From Eledone cirrhosa (Eukaryota): a stretch of 64,000 nucleotides of DNA. Positions 39,661 through 52,181 of the stretch are shown here, one piece after another. Location of the stretch: the NCBI GenBank assembly GCA_964016885.1, contig OZ024742.1:206894001-206958000 (forward strand). The letters are read 5' to 3'. Within the stretch, counting starts at the first letter, position 1; the number at the start of each line of letters is the position of its first letter. The position numbers and the translations under genes were made by a program. Below the pieces are notes generated by a model. That model saw nothing but the letters and a program-made list of their open reading frames with translations, did no database searches and was not told the DNA's origin.

Positions 39661-41322
39661 TTTTATCATTACATTAGCACTAAAGGTGTTCATGTTCTTG
39701 ACACAGCTGAAGAGTTCTCCCAATCCCTTGTTTGTCAGATCTTCTATAGCTGGATGCCCTTCATATGACCAACCATTCTACAGAGCATACAGGATGTGTT
39801 TATTGTATAACTCACTAACGCTAGTTAGTTTAACAGCAAAGTAATCCTCTTCACTGAATTACTTGTGTCAAAATATACCATAACTATTTCCTCAAAATCT
39901 GCTTATTCTCACTATACATTTTAGGCTTAATGAAACAATTCCAGCTAGGATTAACTACATTTCTTTCAACAAAAAATGACTGATAATCCTATTACATTAA
40001 ACATAAATTCAGGAAGAAAGTAGTTATTTTGGTCCAAAATACTCCAGAACCAGTTTGCATACTTTGCTCTTTCTAGTTACATAATCGTGTATTTCTGAAT
40101 TTAAATATTGCTGGTATCAATTCAATCAATGACACCCCCCGTCCTATGCTAAATATATTGGCCTTGTCTCTAGTGTTAAAAATCAATATAAATTAAGGTT
40201 AACTGTTTGTGTTTTTCTTTCTTCTCTGGTGAGAACTTTCTAGTTAATTCTATAAATTCTATAAATTTAAAAAAATGTAAACTCATAGATTTTGAAATAT
40301 AAAAAAAAACAACATATTTTTGTTTTTATGTTAAAATCTATCAGGATAAGGATAAAACATTAAGATATGAAAATAATGTATGGGGGTGAGATGAGTTACT
40401 GAAGAAGTAATAGAAATGGATGGAGGGATGAAGGATCAGAATGGCAGACAAAAATATATGAAAAAGGCAGTGGGAGAAAAGACATAGGAAGGATATAAAA
40501 TTGAATTTCTTATCAGTTTTGTTGTTGTTTGGACTGAAAAGAATATTTGGGTTTTATGGATCCTCAAGAATCTTTGGGAATTTATTTTTGTTCATTCCAC
40601 CCACTCATCTCCTACTACATTCCCTTGTAGAATATAGGAAATTATGTGATCCATCTAATGTGGAAAATATTAATTCATGGAACTGTTGAAAATATTTCAA
40701 ATACAAGACTCACAGACATTCTTCTATGTTTACAAGACAAGATAATGCAAAGTTGTGTGTGAAGACATGCAGCAGCATAACACCAAATGACTGCTTGAAG
40801 AGGGGGGGGGGGGGATAAAAAGGTGGGAGAGAGACAGTGAGAGAAAGAGAAGGGGAATAGTATAACAATAGTGAGTTAGAAGAAAATAACCAATAAAAAA
40901 AAAAATAATTTTTATATTGGCCACAAGGGTCCAACATTTTTGGGACAGTACAATAGTGAAATAAATAAGGAAACAACAAATAAGAAAGAGTGAGATCAAC
41001 AATTACAATAAAGATAATAATAGTATTAGAAATAATATCAACAACTACAGAAATAATAATAAAAAATAATATAAAAATGTTGTTGTTCTTCATTATTATT
41101 ATTATTATTGAATGCCATGGTTGACGGAGGCTCGGCTCTGTAAGGTATAGTAATTTTTAACCGTTAAAACAATTGTAAATTGTTTAAACTTGAACCAAAT
41201 TGTTGATAAAGACACCCTCCTCCTCGTGAGAGGGGTCTTTCTGTCCGTTATTTGGTCCTTCGGGGTTAAATAACCAGTTATTGGGGTTTTGTACCCAATA
41301 TTCATTTTAAACAAAAAACAAC

Positions 41323-43477
41323 ATGGCTACGAAAAAGAAATTTCATACGTCACTCCCACTCATTCCGTCTTCTACTTCCTCAATCATCACTACAGGAGAG
41401 AGAAGATTGTCTCTCTCCCTCCCTTCTTTAAATGTGTCTCTCTCCCTCCCTTCTTTAAATGTGTCTCTCTCCCTCCCTTCTCTTTCGCAAGTGACGAAAG
41501 AAAAGAAAAGTCTCGTGCAAAGCGTGCAAGGTTTCTCCACGACGACGATGACAGCGACGAAACAGGTGTGCGGGAAATACGAAAACCCAGTTCATTCGTC
41601 TGACGTCAGGAATAATAGCAGTAGCAGCCGTAATAACAACAGCAACAGTGACAATGAAAACAACAGTAGCAGCCGCAACAGCATCACCAGCAGCATAAAC
41701 AACAACAGCATTAGCAGCAGCAACACTAACAGCATTAGCAGCAGCAACACTAACAACAACCACAGCAACAGCGGCGGAGGCAGTAGTCGTAGTACCTGCA
41801 GCAACAACAAAAGTACCAGCAGCTCTGACGACAACAACAACAATAGCAGCAAAGAAAAACCAATCTCATTTGCAGGCATTGCGAAAAACTTGGAAACAAT
41901 CCTCATAACAAATGAGGAATTAGAGGAAGCGAAGAAGATGGTGACAAAGAATGGACACCGAGCAATCTGCAAGGCAGCGGAAAATTTTTTCGAAACCCAA
42001 CAGCACTGTACGGTCACGTACCGTACAGTAAGTACAAAATCCCGTAGGGTGGAAAGAGCCACAGAGGCTCAGATACAAAAAGCCTTGGGGTCTGTGTGGC
42101 AGCGGAAAACGCACATCACCCGAGGCAAAAAAATATGCCACCGTAGACGTACTTTTTGCCACACCCCAGGAGGCAAAGGCCCAATCAGTAGTGACCCTAA
42201 GGAGCGAGGAAATGGTGTTGGTGCCCTCCTACTGCGGGCAAAAAATTGTGAGGGTCAAACTGACCCACGTCCCCCCCGGAATGGCCCCTTCTTGGCTGGC
42301 CGCGTCTGTCCTCGTCGGAATCGAGAACAAAACAACTGTACTGCAAGTACAGAAAAAAGTAAGAGAAGATTGGGTAGGCACCTCCATTGAGATGCCAATC
42401 CAAACCAACCAGGAGTGCATCGAAGCTATCCCGGATGTGATAGACTTCGATAACGGCACTCAACTGCCCATAAGTGTTGAGGGCAAACGCCCGAAATGCT
42501 TTCGCTGTGGATCGAAGACTCACCTCAGGGCCTTCTGCAACGAGAAGACCCTGAGAAAGGAGAAAACCCCCCTCCTTCCGAATCCGGCTCCACGGCTACC
42601 AGCAACAGGACAAGCGGCAACCAGGAACGATAGGTCCGTGGCACCCATACCCACTCCACGGAAATCAAAATCAGCAGCAGCAGTGGAAATATTAACAACA
42701 ACAACAGCAATACCAAATGCAGCTGCAACAGAGACTCCAGTGCAAACATCACCAACAACAACAAGTGAAAGAGTGGAGCTGGTACCCCTCCCCGACCTCA
42801 CAGAATCAGACATGGAGTGTGAGGTGGGAGAGGGATGGCAAAAGGTCGTAAGAAGGCACAAACGCAGAAGCAGCGCATCGTCGCCTTTGAAAAGGGAGGA
42901 AAGAAATGAGAAAAAGGTAAAGTCTACTGCAAAGAGACCCACAGCAGCAACACCACCAACACCATCACCACCCATACTAGCACCACCATCACCACCGGCG
43001 ACAACCCCACCGCCAACAACACCTTCAACACCACCACCACAAGCACCAACATCGCAAACACAACAACAAAATACACACACCCAGCAACAACGACAAGAAA
43101 ATAGCAGAACCACACCCCACCCCCAGAAAAACAAATGCACGGCAATAAATACACACAACAAGAAACTAATGACTTACATAATTGAACACACAGACATTTC
43201 ACAACAGGACTACATAATACCAGCACCAATCAAAACGCCAACTAACATAAGACTGCTAAAAATAGCACAGAAACAATACACAAACATTAAAACGAAATTC
43301 CCCAACGCAGTTGGTGATTTCAGGGACCTAGGAGGAACCATCAATCGAAGAGTATATTCAGACATTCTCTTAGAAGAGCCGACGACCAGCCGAAGGGACG
43401 ATTCAACGGTCCCTTCACCAGACGATCAAGTGAAAAGGGATGTAAAAACCATCCCTCCTCTACCAAAAGTACGGTAA
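41323..43477 (+). CDS. Tx1 ORF1 gag-like protein (~717 aa if the +1 shift at A7, 42127-42133, is corrected)
   Basis: ORF 41323 (to ...RGKK) joins the frame of ORF 42191 (YATVDVLF...). It has a CX2CX4HX4C knuckle CFRCGSKTHLRAFC, S/N-rich and P/T-rich linkers and a basic WQKVVRRHKRR motif. Confidence 0.8.
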
Positions 43478-43512
43478 GTGGTCTTTCCCATCTTTTCCAC
43501 TCTATTTTAAAC

Positions 43513-46500
43513 ATGACCTCACTCAGAATAGGCAGCATAAATGCGCGTGGCTTGGGGTCGTCATGGAAGCAGGGTTACCTGCTCAACGACCTCAGGTCAC
43601 TAAACATAGATGTAGTGGCCATCAGCGAGACCAGAATCTCCGAAGCACGGGCCTTCGCACCGATCTTCGGCGGCTACGATGTGTACGCATCTCCCAGCCG
43701 TTCTGGATCGGGTGGAGGAGTTGCTGTGCTTTTTCGGAGAGGTTTGGATCTCGCCATACGGGCCATCTTCCTGGACCCAGAGGGTAAGCTGGTGGTGCTG
43801 GACGTGACCAGCGGAGACGGGCAAGCTTTCAGGCTAGTGGCCGTCTATGCCCCGACAGGAGCAGGGCGGCCTGATTTCTTCCGACGTCTGGAGACCTTTC
43901 TTGGAACATCCCGCTCTTTAGTGTTAGTGGGCGACTGGAACGGGATCTTAGATGCACGCTGGGACAGTGTGGGATTAGCGGATAGGGGTGGAGGGTGCAA
44001 GAGCCTCACCAACCTGCTCAGGCGTTTTGAACTGTCTGACAGGTACCGATTGGATTTCCCGAATGTGCCAATGTGGACTTGGACAAACCGCATATGGTCA
44101 TCCAGATCATATCTAGATAGAGTATTTTGTAGGGAAATAGATAGGTCTAGCATAGGCTGTCCACAATTCAAGATAGTCAGCTACACGGACCACAAATTCG
44201 TGATCTGTGTGCTTGACTTAGATAGGCTTCATAGACGAGGACCCGGCTACTGGAAGCTAAACGCGTCCTTACCAGCGCGCAAGGCCTACAGAGACCGGAT
44301 TAGCGAACTAGTTAAGCGGGCGTTGACGGGGGCCATCGTCAACAACAAGTGGTGGTTTGCTCTGAAAATAGCGATTAGAATAGAATCGATTAGGTTTAGT
44401 AAGGCTTTAGCAATAGAGAAAAATAGAGCAGAGGGAGAACTAGTTAAAAAATTAGACGAGGCGCTTAGCAAAGGCATTGCGACCGACGTGCTTGCGGCGA
44501 AATTGGCCCTTGACCAATTCTTCAATGCAAAGCACGAAGGCTGCGTTGTCAGAGCAAGGGTGCGTGCTCTCAGACACGAGGGGACGAAAGCCGTTCAATG
44601 GGCCCGAGTGGCGGAGGCGCGTCGTGGCAACAAAGCCACGATCCGGTCTTTGGTGAACCACGACGGGCGCATGCTACTTGATCCCGGGAAAATGTGTGAA
44701 GCTTTTCAGCGACACTTCGCTCAGCTGTTCGGGGGCAGCGGTGGGCCGGGTAGAGGGATGGACTTTAGTGTCTACCTCGACGGACTGCCGCGGCTCTCGG
44801 CCACTGAGGCGAAGTGTTGCGAAAAGCCGATAACAGCCGCTGAAGTAAGGGAGGCAATGACTGGCTGCACAAGGGGTAAATCGCCTGGTTTGGATGGTCT
44901 GCCCTATGAACTTTACGTACAGATGCCAGACTTGTTCGGAGGCCTCTTGGCGGGCGTCTACTGCAACTGGCAACAGAACGGGAGAATTCCCAGTTCTGTG
45001 AGCCGAGGAGCGGTGGCACTGCTGAGAAAGGATCCGAACAAGGGGGATAACATAGATAATTTCCGGCCCATAACTCTGCTAAACACAGAGTTCAAGATTT
45101 TGGCCAAGGTGCTAGCAAAGAGGTTGGCGCTTGTCGTTGGTGGTCTGGTGGGAGAGGCGCAGACATGCGCCATTACCGACAGATCCATCCACGACAACCT
45201 CCACCTCATGCGATACATCATAGAGAGGGTAGCTAAGGAACCTGGCACGGGTGGGTCCTTGATCAATTTAGATCAGTCGAAAGCTTTCGATAGGGTCGAC
45301 CATCGTTACCTAGCGGCAGTCCTGAGGGCGGCTGGCTTTGAGCCCGTCTTCAGAGGCTGGATCGCTGCCATGCACAGCGACATCTGCTCTGTGGTGAGAG
45401 TGAACGGTCACCTGTCGGAACCGTTCAACATCATGCGCTCGGTCCGCCAAGGATGTCCCCTCTCGTCCCTCTTGTACGTATTGACACTCGAGCCATTACT
45501 GCACAAACTGGAGACGTTGAGGGGAGTCCCGCGCGAACTAGGATGCGGAAGATCCGTGTCAGCATATGCGGACGATATCACCGTAGTGGTGTCGAACGCC
45601 AAACACATCGAGGCGATCGGCACTACACTAAGAAAATACGAAGCGGTGACAGGAGCAATGATCAACCAGGGAAAGTCAGTGGGCCTGCAGCTCGGCACCT
45701 GGAGAGGCAGGTCCATGCCGTCCAACAGCGTCGTCGGACGCTGGACGGACGGACCGGTTAAATTGCTAGGGGTCTGGTTCGGTCCGGACCTCCAGACGGA
45801 CAAAAACTGGGACGAGGTGACGAGCAGGGTGGCTTCTCTCACCCAGAAATGGGCGGAGAGGAAGCTATCCCTGAAAGGTCGAGCGGAGGTGGCTAACGCG
45901 TACATCGCGTCTGTCATCTGCTACCGCCTGACCGTCGTACCTTGTCCTAAGCCTCGCCTGACTGCGCTGGAGCGTTTGCTCTTTCGCTTTTTGTGGAAGG
46001 GACGTGCTCCGATGGTCAGGCGGTCCATCTGTTGTCAACACCCGCTACGTGGAGGGCTGGGCATGCCGTGGCTGATGATGCGCAGGCACGCGCTCAGGCT
46101 ACGACATCTCCACCTCTTCCTCGACGGTGATCAGGTGTGGTCGCCGTTTGCTAGACGCGTATTTCCCCAGCTCGTTTCCTTGACGGAGCTGCAGTCCTGG
46201 GTCAAGCGAAGACCGAGAGGGAGCGCCTGGAGACTGGAATGTCTTCAGGCGCTCACAGCCCTCGACCAATCGGGCAATGTGATCGGTGGAAACTCCAGCT
46301 CGGCGTTCTATAGAGGATTAGTGGAGGGGAAGAGCGATGACGTACTTGGGGAAACTCTAGGCGTCGACGAAAATCAACTAGCCAATCTCTTCGGAAGAAC
46401 TTTCGGGCCAGGGCCTATGGACAAATTCCAGAAATCTCTGGCCTGGCAGTGCTACCGAGGAGCCTTGCCAGTTCGGGATAAACTCTACAGGCATGGAGGT

Positions 46501-46932
46501 GCCGTCAGCCGGGCATGTCCGAGATGCGCGCAGGGCGACGAAACCGTCCTGCACGCACTCGTCCAGTGTCCGAAAATTGCTGACTTGTGGGTTTATGTCG
46601 AACACCTGCTGTCGCGTTTAGGACGGATCCGGCTATCATCTGAGTCCATCGTGAGGATTGCCCCGCCCTCCTCCTTTAGCCGGGAAGGGCAGGCAGTTTT
46701 TATCTGTCTGGTGGCCATGGCGAAAGAGATAGTATGGTGGACACGTTTGAAAGGGCTGAAGACGAGCACTTACCTCTTCGGTGATGCTCTGATTGACTTT
46801 TTCAAATTTCATTTGAAAAGGAAAATCAGAGTAGAGAGGGAAGTGCTCTCTTCCCAGCATTTTGTTGAAAGATGGGTGAGAGAAGCAAGAATGGCCCGAG
46901 TGAATGGGCCTACTCTGAGTATATATCTGTAA
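43513..46932 (+). CDS. Tx1 ORF2: AP endonuclease, reverse transcriptase and C-terminal CCHC; intact, 1139 aa
   Basis: APE motifs SINARGL, AISET, GDWN, YLDR, TDH. RT motifs PGLDG, FRPITLLN, DQSKAFDRV, RQGCPLS, YADD. C-terminal CPRC..ETV.HA...C. Confidence 0.97.
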   Translation: MTSLRIGSINARGLGSSWKQGYLLNDLRSLNIDVVAISETRISEARAFAPIFGGYDVYASPSRSGSGGGVAVLFRRGLDLAIRAIFLDPEGKLVVLDVTSGDGQAFRLVAVYAPTGAGRPDFFRRLETFLGTSRSLVLVGDWNGILDARWDSVGLADRGGGCKSLTNLLRRFELSDRYRLDFPNVPMWTWTNRIWSSRSYLDRVFCREIDRSSIGCPQFKIVSYTDHKFVICVLDLDRLHRRGPGYWKLNASLPARKAYRDRISELVKRALTGAIVNNKWWFALKIAIRIESIRFSKALAIEKNRAEGELVKKLDEALSKGIATDVLAAKLALDQFFNAKHEGCVVRARVRALRHEGTKAVQWARVAEARRGNKATIRSLVNHDGRMLLDPGKMCEAFQRHFAQLFGGSGGPGRGMDFSVYLDGLPRLSATEAKCCEKPITAAEVREAMTGCTRGKSPGLDGLPYELYVQMPDLFGGLLAGVYCNWQQNGRIPSSVSRGAVALLRKDPNKGDNIDNFRPITLLNTEFKILAKVLAKRLALVVGGLVGEAQTCAITDRSIHDNLHLMRYIIERVAKEPGTGGSLINLDQSKAFDRVDHRYLAAVLRAAGFEPVFRGWIAAMHSDICSVVRVNGHLSEPFNIMRSVRQGCPLSSLLYVLTLEPLLHKLETLRGVPRELGCGRSVSAYADDITVVVSNAKHIEAIGTTLRKYEAVTGAMINQGKSVGLQLGTWRGRSMPSNSVVGRWTDGPVKLLGVWFGPDLQTDKNWDEVTSRVASLTQKWAERKLSLKGRAEVANAYIASVICYRLTVVPCPKPRLTALERLLFRFLWKGRAPMVRRSICCQHPLRGGLGMPWLMMRRHALRLRHLHLFLDGDQVWSPFARRVFPQLVSLTELQSWVKRRPRGSAWRLECLQALTALDQSGNVIGGNSSSAFYRGLVEGKSDDVLGETLGVDENQLANLFGRTFGPGPMDKFQKSLAWQCYRGALPVRDKLYRHGGAVSRACPRCAQGDETVLHALVQCPKIADLWVYVEHLLSRLGRIRLSSESIVRIAPPSSFSREGQAVFICLVAMAKEIVWWTRLKGLKTSTYLFGDALIDFFKFHLKRKIRVEREVLSSQHFVERWVREARMARVNGPTLSIYL

Positions 46933-47211
46933 ATTAAAGGTGGAAAACTGGGAGAGGGCACTTGCCTTGGTGGTCAGGGTCATTGTGGCTTTTTACTGGG
47001 CTTTCTCCACAAATGTCCCTCCGAAGTCTCCCCCCCCCCCCCTATTGGGGAATTTTTCATTGTTATTTTTTGTTACATCCTCTGTTTTTGTTTTTTACAC
47101 GCAGAAATGCCCATTTGTACCGTCCTGCATTGTCCTGCACAGTCCTTAATGTCTACTTTATGTAAACCCCTGTGGTTAATAAAGAAATCATTATTATTAT
47201 TATTATTATTA

Positions 47212-47252
<41 letters not shown>

Positions 47253-47256
47253 TTTA

Positions 47257-48595
47257 TTGTGCATCATTACTGCTTTACCGAGTACAGCTCTGTGCATCTT
47301 GGGTATGAATAGTGTATTTTTTGCTGATGTTGTTTCTTTAGTATTGATAGTACTTTTCGTAATATGTGTGCAGTGCCTAGGAGTGCTATCTTTTGTATGC
47401 TGTATATATTTGTAAGTCCTGGGGTTTTGGCTAGGTATTTGTCTGTGTGTGTGTGTTTTTTTTATCATTCCTAGAGCACCTATTATTATAGGTTTTGTTT
47501 CTGTTTACATTTTCAAAATTTGAGTTATTTCTGTCTCTAGATCTTTATATTTGGAGAGTTTCTCTATTTCCTTGGAAGACATATTGTTGTCTGTGGGAAT
47601 AGATATATCTATTAGAAGGCGTTGTTTTTCATTGTGGTCTTTGACTATAATATCTGGTCAGTTGACCTTGATCTCTCTGTCTGTATGTATTGGCATATCT
47701 CAGAGAATGGTTGCTTTGTCATTCTCTGACACTTTTTCTGGTGTGTGTTTGTACCATCTTTTTTTCTGTTGGTATGTCATAATGTTGGCCTGAAGGTATG
47801 AAGGTCCCAAATCTATCATGCCTGTGGATCTATTCTTTTTTGGCTACAGCTGGGCATCCAGAGACTATGTGGTTGATTGTTCTTTCTTATCTCCATATAT
47901 TCTACAGTTACTTTTTGAGATTTGTTTCATTATGTTCTTCTGGTAGTTTCTGGTTGGTAGACTCTAGTCTTGCGCTGCAATTAGAAATCCTTCCATCTCA
48001 GCTTTTAATCCAATGCTTCGGAGCCAGTTTTGTGTGTTTTCTTTGTTTAACTCCTTTCTATTTGGCTTTTTGGGGTATTGGCCATGTAAGGATTTCTCTT
48101 GCCATCGTTTTAACATGGCATTCTGGATGTCAGTTTTCAAGTTAAATTTTACGTCTTTCACAATTTAACGTGTTTTTTCTGGTTCTATCAGAATTTCATT
48201 AAATTCCTTTGCCAGCATTTCATCTGTCCCTTTTAGATATTTTAACCAGAAATTGGGGATCTTGTCATGTCCAGGTGCCTTCCAATTGCTTGCCCTTCTC
48301 AGTCTGATAGACATCATCTGCTGTAATATCCTCTCATAGTTGTTCATCTGCTGTGTTTGCTGTTCTTGCTATTTATTTTCCTTTTCTGCCCATATTCTTC
48401 TCCAGAACTCTTCCACTTCTTTTACTTTTCTCTTCATATTTTTTTTCATTTGTATTTTTGGTTGTGTTGTCTGGAATCGGTTATTGTTGGTTAGCACTCT
48501 GTATCTTTTATGATTCGGGTTTGCTCTGTTTTGTTGTTTATTTTATCTATTTGGGGTATGTTGGTTTTTATGTCACGTTTTAAATTCTCTGTATA
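47257..48595 (-). mobile_element. Decayed R4/Dong-like LINE with most of the RT deleted
   Basis: NWKAPG.DKIPNFWLK (RT start) is followed directly by W..K.LHGQY...WL...LK.E.EGF.IAAQD (post-RT). Its (TAA)n tail is shared with the Tx1 tail. Confidence 0.8.
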
Positions 48596-49585
48596 GGTGT
48601 GGTCACCGTTTGCTAGACATGTATTTCCCCAGCTCATCTCCTTGATGGAGCTCCAGTCCTGGATCAAGCGAAGACTGAGAGGGAGTGCTTGGATATTGGA
48701 ATGTCTTCAGATGTTCTATAGAGGGTTAGTGGAGGAAAAGAGTGACAACGTTCTTGGGGAGACTCTGGGCATCAACGAAAATCAATTAGCCAAACTTTCG
48801 AGCTTGGGCCTATGGACAACTTCCAGAAATCCCCGGTCTGGCAATGCTACTGAGGAGCTTTGCCAGTTTGAGATAAACTCTACAGGCATGGAAGTGCCGA
48901 CAGCTGGGCCTGTCCACGATGCACATAGGGGCGACAAAACCATCCTGCATGCACTCATCCAGTGTCCGAACATCGCTGACTTGTAGGTTTATGTCAAACA
49001 TCTGCTGTTGTGTGTAGGACGGATCCAGCTATCAGCTGAGTCCATTGTAAAGATTACCCTGCCACCCTCCTTTAACCAGGAGGGGTAGGCAGACTTCATC
49101 TGCCTGGTGGCTATGGTAAAAGTGGTCGTATGGTAGACACGTCCTGAAAGGTTTGAAGACGGGTACTTTCCTCTTCAGTGACTCCCTCATTAACTCTTTC
49201 AGGTTTCACCTGAAAAGGAAAATCATGGTGGAGAGGGAAGTGCTGCCTTCCAGCCAATTTGTTGAAAGGTGGGTGAGACAGGCAAGAATGGCTTGTGTGA
49301 ATAGGCCTGCCCTGATCATGTGCCTGTAGTATTGTAGGAGGAAAACTGGATGAGGGTGCTTGCCCTAGCGGTCAGGGTGACCGTGGCTTCTTTGTGGGCT
49401 TTCTCTATGAGTGACCCTCGGAAGTCTCCCCCCTATTGGGGAATTTTTCCTTGTTTCTTTTTTTGTTACATCCTTTGTTTTTGTTTGTTTTACACACAAA
49501 AATTCCCATTTGTACTGTCCTGTGCTGTCCTTAATGTTATTCTTTATGTCAACCCTTGGGGGTAATAAAGAAAGCATTATTATTA
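48596..49585 (+). mobile_element. Decayed 5'-truncated copy of the Tx1 family
   Basis: Aligns to ~46135-47189 with stops and deletions, and ends aataaagaaagcattattatt. Confidence 0.92.
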
Positions 49586-50260
49586 TGATTATAAGCAGTT
49601 CCAGAAAGGAAAGAAGAAATGAGATTATGATGACATTAGAAAGGAAGGAAGACAGAATGAATAAAGAAATGTAAAAAAAAAAGACAGAAGATGTGACACT
49701 GAAAGATGTGAATGAGTCACAAACTGTAAAGCATTTCTTCACCTCCTACAACCAACACAAAGACTGCACGCACCACTTTGCCAAATTCCACAAGTTTGAG
49801 ATTCCTGTGACAGATTCAACTATTGCTGATATGGTGTGATCACAAGAATGAACATTGAGGGATCAAGGTAGGGGTGGAACTCTGACTAAGAGACAAAATA
49901 GGGCAGGGGTCAACCCAATGAATAAAATATTAGGGTAAGCTTTTCTAATATTCTGCTTCAGCAGATGATGGGGACAAGTGTAAAATATAATGGAGTGTGT
50001 GTGTGAGTCTGTCTGTGTGATTTGCTGACAAATAGAAGAAAAGGTACTCATATTCATTTTTTCACTACTCAGAGTTGCATACATCATTTGTCACCTGAAT
50101 AAATACTTACAAGCATTATCTTATCAAATTGGAATAAATATGTATCTAAATATCATACATACAGATTCATAGGCCCACATGCACTCACAGATAATTTGCT
50201 GAAACCTCCAAGCTCCTGGTCGATCCTCTACTTATATATATTTATATATACATATATATT

Positions 50261-50312
<52 letters not shown>

Positions 50313-50313
50313 C

Positions 50314-50380
<67 letters not shown>

Positions 50381-50396
50381 CATATATATATGTATA

Positions 50397-50430
<34 letters not shown>

Positions 50431-50432
<2 letters not shown>

Positions 50433-51119
50433 CGACAGCTGTATAACAAAGTGCAGGGCAATAAAGATAGACGGTAGCCACGGAGTAGGCAGACCCAGAA
50501 AAACATGGGACGAGCTGATAAATTCCGACCTCACACGCTTACACCTCTCCAAGACAATGTCACTGGACCGAGACCTTTGGCGGTACTCAGTAATAGAGAA
50601 GACCCGCCTTACCTAAATACAAAGTAAAAACCTACTACAGTCAGTAGGCATCTCTATCAAAACACACCCCGTCCCACCACCTCCACCCCACCCACACCTC
50701 CCCTTTCAATGTAAAGTTATGTTGGTCCCACAACATCCAGGCCGAAACAAATGAGATCGTGTAGGTGTCACGACAAAAAAACACACAGTCCACGCTGTAA
50801 ATGTGGCCGTGTAGGCAACACGGTAAAAACCTCCCAGCCCCACACTGTAAATGTGGTTGGTGTTAGGAAGGGCATCCATCTGTAGAAAACCCGCCAGACA
50901 GTCCACGCTGTAATGTGGCCGTGTAGGCAACACGGTAAAAACCTCCCAGCCCCACACTGTAAATGTGGTTGGTGTTAGGAAGGGCATCCAACTGTAGAAA
51001 ACCCGCCAGACAGTCCTATGCGAGCAAGACAAACACTCTTGCCTCAGGTGGGAAAACCCCCGTCCAAACCCATGCAAGCGTGGAACACGGACGCTAAACC
51101 TGATGATGATGATGATGAT
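50431..51119 (+). mobile_element. RTE 3' fragment with ~120-bp internal tandem duplication
   Basis: Matches ~19440-20008. 'cagtccacgctgtaa...gtagaaaacccgccaga' is present twice. Preceded by a long (TA)n. Confidence 0.9.
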
Positions 51120-51631
51120 ATACATATGAAGTGAAGTTAGTGGTTGTTGTTGAAGTAAGATGATAAACACAAGAAATACAATAATTTTGGTTAGATTTAT
51201 ATAACTTTACTTCATTTTAGTTAAACAATAAAAAGAATGTTTATTATGCTACATTAGATTACAAAGTGACAAGTTTCTTCAGGATGTACATACCAGCATA
51301 GGTAGTAGTAAGGGAGCTGTGTTGTTTATATGAAGAGGCAGATGATTCTGTGTGTTATTGAAGTACCAATGGAAGAATTGCTGTTGAGCCCTTGTTGACA
51401 GGGCTGAAGGGTTTTTGCTAAGTGCTACATCATGCTACTTATTTGAGCAGGTCAAAGGAATGTTTCTCTTCCGAATTACCTGAGTCAACTGACACAAAAG
51501 AAGTTATCTTGTTTTCACCTCAAGCTGACCAGCCACCTCAGACCACCGACACCAACTCAAATAAAAGAAAAATGGCAGCTAGATGTCACTGGGGAGTCAG
51601 TGTGTGAAGAGATTTTGCTATATAGAAATAA

Positions 51632-51671
<40 letters not shown>

Positions 51672-52181
51672 CCACATATATATATATATGTTATACATTG
51701 GGAAGGTCAATCTTCCAATAAAAACATAGACACCAGTTGAGTTTCACTAATCCTTTCCTGAGTTGGTTTAGTAACTGGATAGTTATTTAGTTGCCAAAAC
51801 CCTTTCATCCTATATTGTGATCTATATTTTGGTCTTCTATGTCTCCTCTTTGTTTTGATTTTCTGCTAGTTATTCCATCTTTTCACAAGATTAAAACCAA
51901 CTCACTGTACCAGTATTAAAAGGACAAACCTTTAGGCCATAATCTCCCTCAATATTTGGTTTTTCTTGAGCTGTGGTTACAAGATAAATTAGTATCATAT
52001 TCTCTGTAGTGCATTAAATACTTAATCACATCCACAGAAAAACCCTTCATAGTAGAAATTTTTTAATGGGGATTTTAGTCTGCATAGCATCTGAGGCGTG
52101 TTACAATATATATCCTTTTTCCTTATACATCCCTACCTATATCTATATATATATCTATTTCTTCTTTAATTTCTCATTCTT

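Larger units (their letters stand above)
41110..47189 (+). mobile_element. Full-length Tx1-clade (L1-group) non-LTR retrotransposon
   Basis: Structured 5' UTR, zinc-knuckle ORF1, APE-RT ORF2, and a 3' UTR with AATAAA followed by (ATT)n. (ATT)n is also present at the 5' flank. GC- and CpG-rich relative to the surroundings. Confidence 0.95.

Noticed and set aside
41208-41241. HDV-like ribozyme in the Tx1 5' UTR (cctcctcgtg resembles L3)
   Set aside because: There is no GG for P1.1 and no nested P1/P2 pseudoknot; it folds as a simple hairpin.
42520-46983. Antisense ORFs over the Tx1 element
   Set aside because: They are shadows of a GC-rich coding strand with no recognisable motifs.
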